Positions 29,354 to 38,094 of a stretch of DNA of 64,000 bases are shown here, piece by piece. Under the pieces are notes generated by a model that was not told where the DNA came from, searched no databases, and saw only the letters and a program-made list of their open reading frames with translations. A program made the position numbers and the translations under genes. Position 1 is the first letter of the stretch. Each line of letters opens with the position of its first letter. The DNA comes from Candidatus Multivoradales bacterium (GTDB lineage Bacteria; Acidobacteriota; Thermoanaerobaculia; Multivoradales; J023): NCBI GenBank assembly GCA_965248925.1, contig CBDFLE010000006.1:544001-608000 (forward strand). The letters are read 5' to 3'.

Positions 29354-29593
29354 ATGACGCCGAAACTATCGAAAGCTGAGTTCGTCGTTGACTACAAAAT
29401 CAGAGTGTCATTCGAAGACGGAACAGTAGGCATCATCGATCTACAGAACGATCTATGGGGCGAAGTCTTTGAGCCTCTCAGAGACCCCGAAAAGTTCCAA
29501 GATTTCAGAGTCGACCCTGAGCTACAAACCATAGTGTGGCCCACAGGTGCCGATTTGGCCCCAGAGTTCCTCTACGAGCGAGCTGCCGCGTAG
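29354..29593 (+). CDS. DUF2442 family protein (putative TA component)
   Basis: YKIRVSFEDG, GEVFEPLRD, TIVWPTGADLAPEFLY. Confidence 0.9.
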   Translation: MTPKLSKAEFVVDYKIRVSFEDGTVGIIDLQNDLWGEVFEPLRDPEKFQDFRVDPELQTIVWPTGADLAPEFLYERAAA

Positions 29594-29835
29594 TCGCCTC
29601 GCCGGACCGCTGTTACGGCTGGCACCTCAACCCCTCTAGCTTTCGGCGTCAGAATACTCTGCCGAGCGCAAGCGTTCCCTGAGCTACCCACTCTGCGACC
29701 GCTCCCGCTTTGATCAGCAGCCGGCTAGCCCCACAGAGCCGGAGGTCCGTTCTTCGGCTGCCAGCGAATACACAGCCGGCTGTACCCTCCGACAGTCTCG
29801 GTACCGGTCCGGGAGCAGAACCCGCGCCAGACCTT

Positions 29836-30225
29836 CTAGCCGCTGGCTTCGTAGAAGCCCACCAGGCACTCGAGCAGTAGCAAGCGGTCGGCGGCGGGCC
29901 AGGGCTCGAAACGGACACCGCCGCTCAAGCCGTCGTGATGGCGCACCACCGCCGGCACGCGCGAGAACTCGGTCTGCTCGTCGAGGCGAAAGCTGAGCAG
30001 CACTTCGGTGCCCGCAGGTAGCTCTGGTGGCAACACCAGACCGATGCCGTAGGCGCTGATGTCGATGGCGTCGACCACCCACGGCTGGTCGGCGATTTTC
30101 GGCGCGTCGATGGCTACCAACACACCATGGATCGGTCGGCGGCGACTGCGCCGCTGCGAACCTCCCGCGGACGATTGCGCCGCGGCCTGCTGAGCAGGGA
30201 CGGCATCTGATCCAGACTCGGACAT
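29836..30225 (-). CDS. Stand-alone PilZ domain protein
   Basis: QRRSRRR (RxxxR) and DISAYG (DxSxxG); AGGAGG RBS. Confidence 0.85.
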   Translation of the reverse strand: MSESGSDAVPAQQAAAQSSAGGSQRRSRRRPIHGVLVAIDAPKIADQPWVVDAIDISAYGIGLVLPPELPAGTEVLLSFRLDEQTEFSRVPAVVRHHDGLSGGVRFEPWPAADRLLLLECLVGFYEASG

Positions 30226-30359
30226 GTCTCTCACCTCCTGTAGGTCACCGCGGCTATCGCTGTATCCTTAGAGCCCGCGCGAACTTCCCCGCAAAAAGAT
30301 GCCGCAGTCTACCTCAAGTCCGCCCACCTACCACCACGCCGGGTCCGTCCTCTTCTACA

Positions 30360-30394
30360 TGCTATGATCCGCCGTGATTTAGACTATTTAGACT
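30360..30394 (+). promoter_or_regulatory. Extended -10 element followed by a 9-bp direct repeat
   Basis: TGCTATGAT at 30360; ATTTAGACT x2 at 30377-30394. Confidence 0.5.
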
Positions 30395-30440
30395 AGCTGC
30401 CGTTGTCTCCATCAAGGACCGCGGCCCGAGGGCTCTGTGC

Positions 30441-31544
30441 ATGTCTCAACTGACTCTGGGAATCGAGGAGGAATACCAGATCATCGATCCGGACTCCGGT
30501 GAACTCAAGTCCTATATTCAGGAGTTTCTTGAAGAGGGGCGAGTGGTCTTGCAGGACCAGATCAAGCCAGAGTTCTTGCAGTCTCAGGTCGAGGTGGGTA
30601 GCCATATCTGCCGCAACATTCAGGAGTTGCGCCAGGAGGTCGTGCGGCTGCGACGCTCGATCATCGAACTCGCCGCCGGCCACGGGCTGAAGGTCTGCGC
30701 CGCCAGCACCCACCCGTTTTCGAGCTGGGCACGGCAAGAGGTCAACATCGGTGAGCGCTACACCCAACTGCGCACCGACATGGCCGATCTGGCGCGCCGC
30801 ATGTTGATCTTCGGCATGCACATCCACGTCGGTATCGACGACAAGGCATTGCTGATCGACGTGATGAATCAGGCCCGCTATTTTCTGCCTCACCTGCTGG
30901 CCTTCACCACCAGCTCACCCTTCTGGCAGGGGCGCGACACCGGTCTCAAGTCGTACCGCACGGTAATCTTCGAGAGCCTGCCACGCACTGGCTTGCCACC
31001 GTCGCTCGAGTCCTGGTCGGAATACCAGGGGTTCATCGAGACCTTAGTCGCCACCGGCTGCATCGATGAGCCAACCAAGATCTGGTGGGATATGCGACCC
31101 CATCCGAAGTTCCCGACCTTGGAGTTCAGGGTCTGCGACATCTGCACCACGGTCGACGAGGCGGTCTGCATCGCTGCCCTGGTGCAGGCTTTGGTGGCCA
31201 AGCTGATCAAGCTGCGGCAGAACAATCAGAGCTGGCGTCACTACCGCCATCACCTGATCACCGAGAACAAATGGCGCGCGGTGCGCTATGGCATCGAAGG
31301 GAAATTCATCGACTTCGGCCTGCGCCGAGAGGTGCCGTTGAAGGAACTCGGCGTGGAGCTGCTGGAGTTCGTCGACGATGTCGTCGATGAGCTCAAGAGT
31401 CGCCGCGAAGTCGAGTTCTTGCATACCTTGCTGGCGCAAGGCACCAGTGCCGATCGCCAGCTGGCCACCTACCGCGAAACCGGCGACATGAAGAAAGTCG
31501 TCGAGCAACTGATCGAGGAAACCTCGGCGGGTTGCATGGAGTAA
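30441..31544 (+). CDS. YbdK-family carboxylate-amine ligase (GCS2)
   Basis: TLGIEEEYQIID, FGMHIHVG, SSPFWQG, WWDMRPHP, TLEFRVCD. Confidence 0.93.
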   Translation: MSQLTLGIEEEYQIIDPDSGELKSYIQEFLEEGRVVLQDQIKPEFLQSQVEVGSHICRNIQELRQEVVRLRRSIIELAAGHGLKVCAASTHPFSSWARQEVNIGERYTQLRTDMADLARRMLIFGMHIHVGIDDKALLIDVMNQARYFLPHLLAFTTSSPFWQGRDTGLKSYRTVIFESLPRTGLPPSLESWSEYQGFIETLVATGCIDEPTKIWWDMRPHPKFPTLEFRVCDICTTVDEAVCIAALVQALVAKLIKLRQNNQSWRHYRHHLITENKWRAVRYGIEGKFIDFGLRREVPLKELGVELLEFVDDVVDELKSRREVEFLHTLLAQGTSADRQLATYRETGDMKKVVEQLIEETSAGCME

Positions 31545-31575
31545 GGCCGGCAGAAACGTCCGGCCGAGTAACGAA

Positions 31576-32385
31576 TTGCCTGCCCCCAGTATCCAGCTAA
31601 GCCTGTTCGAGCCGCTTGTCGCTGGCCCGGACCGCCACCCAGCACCAGCGACCCAAGCTGATCTAGAAGCGCCGACAGCGGCTCTCGAAGTCGCCGAGAA
31701 CCCGGTCCAGCGGCTGCGCCGCCGGCTGGGATCACGGGTTGACGTGCCTCTTCTACGGGTGGTCTTGACCGATAATCGGCAGCGGATCTTTTCGGCCCGG
31801 CAGCAGCGTGCTGACGGCGCTCTTGAGCTGCGCATTCACCGCTCCTTTGTCGACGCCGACGACCGGCTGCTGAGCGAACTCGGCCGCTTGCTGAGCGACC
31901 AGCTCGACCCGGCCGGCCGCCGCCGCGTACTCGACCTGGTGCGACACCACCACGCTGCTCATTCGTCCCCTCCACCCCCACGGCGACTACAGCTGTACGC
32001 CGTAGGGCAGACATTCGACCTCGGCGAGATTCGCGACCAAATCAACCAACAATACTTCGCTGGCCGCTTGCAGGTTCACATCACCTGGGGGCCGCGCCGG
32101 CAGACCCGCCGCCGGCAGCGCAGCCTACGCCTCGGCACCTACCGCGCCGAGGACCGCTTGGTAAGGCTCCACCGCTGCCTCGACCGACCCGGCGTACCCC
32201 GCTTTGTGGTCGAATCCGTGGTCTACCACGAGATGCTGCACGCTGCGGTTCCACCGCGACCGGGCCGCTTGCGGCGCAACGTACACAGCGGCGAATTCCG
32301 CCGTCGCGAACGACTTTTCAGCGACCACGAAGCTGCTCAGAAGTGGATCCGTGATCACTTCGGCAAGCTGGTCGGCGGCTGCTAG
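31576..32385 (+). CDS. SprT/M48-like zinc metalloprotease domain protein
   Basis: LRLGTY, VVYHEMLH, HSGEFRRRE. Confidence 0.75.
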   Translation: MPAPSIQLSLFEPLVAGPDRHPAPATQADLEAPTAALEVAENPVQRLRRRLGSRVDVPLLRVVLTDNRQRIFSARQQRADGALELRIHRSFVDADDRLLSELGRLLSDQLDPAGRRRVLDLVRHHHAAHSSPPPPRRLQLYAVGQTFDLGEIRDQINQQYFAGRLQVHITWGPRRQTRRRQRSLRLGTYRAEDRLVRLHRCLDRPGVPRFVVESVVYHEMLHAAVPPRPGRLRRNVHSGEFRRRERLFSDHEAAQKWIRDHFGKLVGGC

Positions 32386-33242
32386 ACCAAGGAGAAGGAA
32401 GCGCGGCCGGCCCAGGCAGGTTGCGGGGCGGTAGGTTCTTCGCGTCGGCCAAGACGCTTGGCGGCCAGCTCGATCTCTTCGGCCAGCAGCGAGTAGGCCA
32501 GCGCGCCGGTGGCCAGCGCATCGTACTCAAAAATGTTCTGGCCAAAGGCGGGTGCTTCGGCCAGACGAACATTGGTCCGCACTTCGATGGCGAACACTTT
32601 GTCGCCAAAGCGCTGGCGAATAGCTGCGACATTGGCTCGCGTGAGCCGCACTCGATAATCCACCACGGTCAGCATGATGCCGAGAAAGCGCGCCGCCTCG
32701 CCCAGCTTGTGGCGCAGACGCTCGGCGGTGGCCACCAGCTGCTCGAGCCCTTCGAGGGCCAAGAATTGAGGCACTGCCGGCACCACAAAAGCATCGGCGG
32801 CGGCCAGCGCATTGCGGCTCAGCAAGCACATCGAGGACGGGCAGTCGAGAAAGATGTAGTCATAGTCCTGGCGCACCGGCCACAGGCGTTCGGCGAGCAA
32901 CTTCTCGCCACCGCTCCCGGTGTTGACCTCGGCCTCGAAACTGCGCAGGTCTACCGATGCCGGGATCAGCTCGAGCCCGACTGTAGCGGTTGGCCGAACC
33001 GCCTCGCGCACCGTCACTTGGCGATGCAAGATACCGGCAGAGCCCGGACCAAAAGTGCCACGCTTGGCGCCCAACGACAAGGACGCGCCAGCGTTCGGAT
33101 CCAGATCGACGAGTAGTACTCGGTGACCGGCACGGGCCAGCGCCGCCGACAAGTTGACTGACGATGTGGTCTTCCCCACACCGCCTTTCTTGCTCACTAA
33201 AGCGATGATCACGGTATTGACATTCCGCCTGTTTGAACACAT
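32382..33242 (-). CDS. ParA/Soj family ATPase
   Basis: KKGGVGKTT, LLVDLDP, DCPSS, VRLAEAPAFG. Start may be GTG 33212. Confidence 0.92.
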   Translation of the reverse strand: MCSNRRNVNTVIIALVSKKGGVGKTTSSVNLSAALARAGHRVLLVDLDPNAGASLSLGAKRGTFGPGSAGILHRQVTVREAVRPTATVGLELIPASVDLRSFEAEVNTGSGGEKLLAERLWPVRQDYDYIFLDCPSSMCLLSRNALAAADAFVVPAVPQFLALEGLEQLVATAERLRHKLGEAARFLGIMLTVVDYRVRLTRANVAAIRQRFGDKVFAIEVRTNVRLAEAPAFGQNIFEYDALATGALAYSLLAEEIELAAKRLGRREEPTAPQPAWAGRASFSLV

Positions 33243-33324
33243 TTCGCGACCCTGAGTCGAAGACTTTGCTCAACGAAGAGAATAGCTTAGCACGAATCCA
33301 ACGAGCCGGAATAGGACCCGAGCC

Positions 33325-34824
33325 TCAATCCGGGTAGGCCGCGGATGTGGTCTGCTTCAGATAGTGCAGCAAGTCGTCGGCGGCAAGGGGCTTGCCGGTG
33401 GCGCGCTTGATCAGCTGGTCGGCTGACAGCAGGCTGCCATGGCCATGCACATGCCGGCGTAGCCAACCCAAGAGATCACCGAATTCACCAGCGGCAAACG
33501 CGGCCTCCTGATCGCCGAGGTCGCGCTCGGCGGCGGCGAAGAGCTGCGCCGCCGCCATCGTGCCCAGGGTGTAGGTCGGGAAATAGCCGAACAAGCCGAT
33601 CGACCAGTGGATGTCTTGCAGCACTCCCTGCGCCGGATCGGCCGGACGGATGCCGAGCAGGGAGTCGTATTGGTCGTCCCAGAAGCGCGGCAGGTCGGCC
33701 ACTTCGAGGTCGCCGCTGAACAGCGCTCGCTCGATTTCGAAACGAATCACAATGTGCAGATTGTAGGTCGCTTCGTCAGCATCGACGCGAATCAAGGACG
33801 GCTTGACGGTGTGCAACGCCGGCCACAGCCGGTCGAGATCGGGTGCGGCCTGCGGCGTGAAGGCAGTGGAGAAACGCGGCAGCGCCCAGCGCCAAAAACC
33901 CCGGCTACGCCCCACATGGTTCTCCCACAGGCGCGATTGCGATTCATGCACTCCGAGCGACACCGCATCGCCATGGGGCAGGCGTCGCAACGCCTCGGGC
34001 AGTCCTTGCTCATAGAGTCCATGCCCAGTCTCGTGCAAAATGCCGAAGAGAGCGGGGCGAAAGTCGTCCTCCTGCCACCGCCAGGTCATCCGCACATCGC
34101 GGCGACCTATGGCAATGCAGAAGGGATGGGTCGCCGGATCGAGCCGGCCGTCCTTGAAGTCAAAACCTATCGCCCGCGCCACTGAGCGGCCAAAATCGAG
34201 CTGCGCCGCTTCCCCGAAGTGCCCCAACGCAGGCGACTCGTCCACCACCACTCCGCGCTCAGCGACCTCACGAACGATCGGCGTCAAGGCATCCCGCAAG
34301 CTGCTGAAAAGAGGCTCAAGCGAAGCTTCCTTGGCCCCCGGTTCGAAGATGTCGAGCAGCGCGTCGTAGGCTCGGCCGCCAGGCAGCAAGGCGGCGGCTT
34401 GCTCCCGCTTGAGCCGTACCAGCTCTTCGAGTTGGGCGGCAAACAGGGAGAAATCTGCCTGCTCGCGAGCTGCTCGCCAAGCCACCATGCCAACGCTCTT
34501 GGCCTCCGCCAAAGCCCGCATCAGCTCGGCCGAGACTAAAGTTGCCCGATCCACCTCGCGGCGGGCACAGCGCACCATGGCGGTGATTTCCGGATCGTCC
34601 CCGGCATGGTGCGCACAAGCTGCCAAGACGTCGCCCAGCTCAAGCGCCGCCAGCCGCTGATGCTTGATCGCCGCTAGCGTCCCCAGCACCTTGCCGCGCC
34701 TCTCCTGACCGCCGGTCGGCATGTTGGTTTCTTGGTCCCACTCGAGAAGATCTTCGGCGGAATTGAGATCCTCGATCTCGGCCCACAGCTGGCAGAGGCG
34801 GTCGACGGCGGCTTGCTTGTCCAT
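33325..34824 (-). CDS. Carboxypeptidase M32 (Taq-like)
   Basis: HPF, HETGH, HESQS, IRVDADE, QDIHW, GYFPTYTLG. Confidence 0.95.
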   Translation of the reverse strand: MDKQAAVDRLCQLWAEIEDLNSAEDLLEWDQETNMPTGGQERRGKVLGTLAAIKHQRLAALELGDVLAACAHHAGDDPEITAMVRCARREVDRATLVSAELMRALAEAKSVGMVAWRAAREQADFSLFAAQLEELVRLKREQAAALLPGGRAYDALLDIFEPGAKEASLEPLFSSLRDALTPIVREVAERGVVVDESPALGHFGEAAQLDFGRSVARAIGFDFKDGRLDPATHPFCIAIGRRDVRMTWRWQEDDFRPALFGILHETGHGLYEQGLPEALRRLPHGDAVSLGVHESQSRLWENHVGRSRGFWRWALPRFSTAFTPQAAPDLDRLWPALHTVKPSLIRVDADEATYNLHIVIRFEIERALFSGDLEVADLPRFWDDQYDSLLGIRPADPAQGVLQDIHWSIGLFGYFPTYTLGTMAAAQLFAAAERDLGDQEAAFAAGEFGDLLGWLRRHVHGHGSLLSADQLIKRATGKPLAADDLLHYLKQTTSAAYPD

Positions 34825-34930
34825 GGCTGGATTCTATCCGCCCAGGCCGAGGAGCCAAGCCCGGAGAGAGAAAAGCAGCCGTCACTCGACGTGCTGGGCA
34901 ACGGCTGCTGACTGGAGCACTCAGCAGCGC

Positions 34931-37927
34931 TCAGGGAGCGATATACGCTGTCGGCGGGTTGAGCACCTCACAGTCGGCGATCATCTCCCGCACCCGTTTC
35001 TCGTACATCTGACGATTGTCAGCGGCGTCTTCGGCCTCGATGCGCAAGATATCGTCGTTCAGCAGGCCGTTGACCTGCACCACGAAGGAACCGTTGATCA
35101 CCACCGTGTTAGCGACGCTGCCCCACAGATTGCCGTTGATCTCGAGCGACAGATCAGTGATGTAGCCACTATCGTCCCAGGTACCGATGCGTATCTTCCC
35201 TACGGTGCAGCTATCGTCGGCCAGGGCAAAATCTACCGTCGGGTGGAAGCGGTCAATCTTGGCGCCGCGCAAAGGGCCGTGGTCGCGTGGCATGTGGTTG
35301 TCGATCCAGCGACCCAGGGTGTGGACCCAACGTGCTTTGGCGAGATCGCTGCTAGCGCACAGACCCGGAGTCTGGGCGTGGCTAGCAGTGAAAAAATATC
35401 CATAGTCGCTGGCCCCCAGATTCTTCTGGAATTTGGGGTCGCTATTCAACCGTCCGTCGGCGCGCTGCCCCCGTGCCGCCCAGAACAGTGGACTGCCCAA
35501 GGCCCCTGCCCGCGAGTTGGCGTAGTGGCGATTGGTGACCTGATTGTAGGCATCGAGCTCGTCACTGTAGCCAAAGGCCTGGATCGACGGCGGCGTGCCA
35601 ATGACTTGCTGGGTGCTATGACAAGCGCCGCAGTAGAGATCGAGCCCGCTGAAAAGGTCCGCCTTCCACTCCGGTGACACCAGGGCTGGCCACGGCGAGT
35701 TCTTGATCATCGGTTTGCATTGAGCATCGTAGTCGACATAGGAAGTACCGTTGACCATGTCTAGGGGGCCCGCGATATCGGCGTCGGTGCCGGCAAAGGT
35801 GTAGCTCTGCTGTCCCAACTCGTGCTGATGACAACCGCCGCAGTTGGTACGAGTCTCCCGCGGTTTCAGAGAATGCCAACTTCGCACGTCGGTAAGCTTG
35901 AGCCCGTAGTTGCGATCCAAGAGCTGGAACTCGAACGGCGTTTGGGCCGGTATCAACGCCTGGAACGACTGATCGTCGCGTTCATTGTTGCGAATGTCGT
36001 AGACCCCGAGCAGTGTAGAGGTCTCATGCCTGCCACCGAAGGTCTGGTAGCCGGACTGGCCACCGGGATAGCCAAAGCGCACATCGGGTTTGTTGCTGGT
36101 GATCTGCACCGCGATGCCCAACACCAAGTTGGGATCCAGGTCGAGGCAGGGATTGGCCGGATCCTTGACGTAGGTCAATCCGTCGGTGTTGCGAATCACA
36201 AGGTCTTTCTCGGAGTTTATGTTGTTCGAACTCTTGCCAGGCCGGAAAGGGGCGAAAGACGGGCTCTGCATCCACAACCAGCAGTCAAAGGGCTTGCGAT
36301 CTGTATTCCACAATGCAGCGGTGCCGACCTGGGCGTGCGGCACCCCCGGCTGGATGGTCGACCGGGGATCGATCGTCGATGGCGCCGAGCGTTGCACCAC
36401 ATCGCCATTGCTACGCTTCGACCAAGGCACCATCGGCGCCGGCCACACCAGGCTGTAGGTCTTGGTCGAGTCAGAGACCACCGGCCACAGTCCAGTACCG
36501 TTCTGGAAGCTTACCGGGTCGAGTGGGTGGAAAGGCTGAAGATCAGGCCGGAAGGCGATGTAGGACTCAAAGACATGTTTGTTGTTCTCCGGGTCTGGTA
36601 CTCGACCGTTGGCGCTGGTGCGTGTATACGCTACGAAGAGTTCGTTCGGGCGGGCGCAGCGCGGGGTGGTCAACTTACCAACATAAACCCCGTTGACTTT
36701 TGGTGACGGGTCGTCGTTGTCAGAAACCTGCTGCGAGATCTTTGATGAGCCCCATTGCCGGGGGCGGGCGCCGGAACCGGTGAGATCATTGTACTCATTG
36801 ACTCCGACCTTAGCCATCTCCTGCTTGTAAATCGCCCCGAAGCCTTCGTTATTGAGGTTGTAGTAGCGAGTGGCCACAAAGTAGTCGCCGCGTAGTTCCT
36901 GATTGGGATTGCTGGTGTCGACGCAGAAAGTACCAAGGTGAAAGAGCCCAGGATTAGAACCGAAACCGATCAGCGGCGCCCAACGGCCCGCCGAGTCGGA
37001 CGATTGGATATGCCAGTTGCGGTAGTCTTCGGTAGTCGCCTGGTAAGAGAAGGCAACCCCGTCGCGCAGCCGCGTCGGCGACATCGTCGAGGTAGTGGTG
37101 TAATACTGGAATTGCTGTTTATTGACCAAATTCCCTTCGTTGGAGATCTCGGCGGTATGCAAGTTGAAGTTGTGGTTAGAGTAGCTGCTGGCCTGATTGT
37201 TCGAGCCACGCATGCGGCGCTCGTCACTGGCATAGATCAATTTCAGCCGGCCGCCCTGACGCATCTCCGTGGCATGCATGTAAACCGTGCCCCAGTTGTT
37301 AAGACTGGTGTTGGCAGCGATTCCGTAGTTCATCGCCGTGCGCTGATGATCGGTCGGCACCTGCTGACCATTGACGATGGTGCGATCGGTCAGCCGAGTC
37401 ACCGTCAGGGAAGCCGGATTGTAGGCCGAGTTGCCAAGCAGCGGCTCCAGATCAAGGCGGTAGAGGTCTGCGCCGAGCACCGGCAAGTAGGTCTGACTAG
37501 CTTTGTTGTCGGCATCGTGGAAGTAGGAGAAGTAGAGCGTCTTGCCGTCTTCCGAGACATTGGGCTCCACCACCGTGCCTTTGAAGAGTTCATTCGCCGA
37601 AGTGAGAATCTTGCCGCTCTGGGCATGGGTCGGCAACGGGAAAAGCTTCTTGACCGCGCCGTTGGCTAGCAAGATGTAGAGATGGTGACCGCCGCGAGGA
37701 TTGTTGGCCGCCAACACATCGGTGCCGATGCTGTCGTTACTGTTCGGCCGCACCAGCGCGGCGACGAATGCCACCGCGTAGGGCGGTTGATGGTAGCCGG
37801 GGTCGGTAGCGGCGGTCTTCCAGGTCTGTCCCTGCGCCCCGGCCGCCCACCAGCAGCAAGACGAGAGCGTAAGGGCGATTGCCAGCCGCCAGGCTGGGCT
37901 ACGGCGCGGTGCGAGAGTTTTCTTCAT
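34931..37927 (-). CDS. Large secreted protein with a hydrazine-synthase-alpha-like middle domain and two CxxCH heme motifs
   Basis: AAGGAGG then ATG 37927; signal peptide; propeller-like N-terminus (EPNVSEDGKTLYFSY); SFQALIPAQTPFEFQLLD...RSWHSLKPRETRTNCGGCH; second motif CGACH. Confidence 0.75.
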   Translation of the reverse strand: MKKTLAPRRSPAWRLAIALTLSSCCWWAAGAQGQTWKTAATDPGYHQPPYAVAFVAALVRPNSNDSIGTDVLAANNPRGGHHLYILLANGAVKKLFPLPTHAQSGKILTSANELFKGTVVEPNVSEDGKTLYFSYFHDADNKASQTYLPVLGADLYRLDLEPLLGNSAYNPASLTVTRLTDRTIVNGQQVPTDHQRTAMNYGIAANTSLNNWGTVYMHATEMRQGGRLKLIYASDERRMRGSNNQASSYSNHNFNLHTAEISNEGNLVNKQQFQYYTTTSTMSPTRLRDGVAFSYQATTEDYRNWHIQSSDSAGRWAPLIGFGSNPGLFHLGTFCVDTSNPNQELRGDYFVATRYYNLNNEGFGAIYKQEMAKVGVNEYNDLTGSGARPRQWGSSKISQQVSDNDDPSPKVNGVYVGKLTTPRCARPNELFVAYTRTSANGRVPDPENNKHVFESYIAFRPDLQPFHPLDPVSFQNGTGLWPVVSDSTKTYSLVWPAPMVPWSKRSNGDVVQRSAPSTIDPRSTIQPGVPHAQVGTAALWNTDRKPFDCWLWMQSPSFAPFRPGKSSNNINSEKDLVIRNTDGLTYVKDPANPCLDLDPNLVLGIAVQITSNKPDVRFGYPGGQSGYQTFGGRHETSTLLGVYDIRNNERDDQSFQALIPAQTPFEFQLLDRNYGLKLTDVRSWHSLKPRETRTNCGGCHQHELGQQSYTFAGTDADIAGPLDMVNGTSYVDYDAQCKPMIKNSPWPALVSPEWKADLFSGLDLYCGACHSTQQVIGTPPSIQAFGYSDELDAYNQVTNRHYANSRAGALGSPLFWAARGQRADGRLNSDPKFQKNLGASDYGYFFTASHAQTPGLCASSDLAKARWVHTLGRWIDNHMPRDHGPLRGAKIDRFHPTVDFALADDSCTVGKIRIGTWDDSGYITDLSLEINGNLWGSVANTVVINGSFVVQVNGLLNDDILRIEAEDAADNRQMYEKRVREMIADCEVLNPPTAYIAP

Positions 37928-38094
37928 CGGTCTATGCCTCCTTCGTTGGTTTGGCCGCATCGATCTGAGTTTGATCCGGCCTTCGTCATGTACAAGCGGA
38001 AATCGAGGCAAGATTCGATAATCGGCACCCTGGCCCGGCCTACCAGCAGCGAAATCGCTAGCCCGTAGTGACGACTGAGCTAGAATCCTGAGCG

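Noticed and set aside
29594-29835. Integron attC site after the DUF2442 gene
   Set aside because: No clear RYYYAAC...GTTRRRY pair (only GTTACGG) and no integrase in the window.
34931-37927. Anammox hydrazine synthase
   Set aside because: Only the alpha-like segment is recognisable; no beta/gamma subunits or other anammox genes are present.
37928-38094. Sigma54 promoter for the heme protein gene
   Set aside because: I found no convincing TGGCAC-N5-TTGC match on the minus strand, so its control by the activator remains inference.
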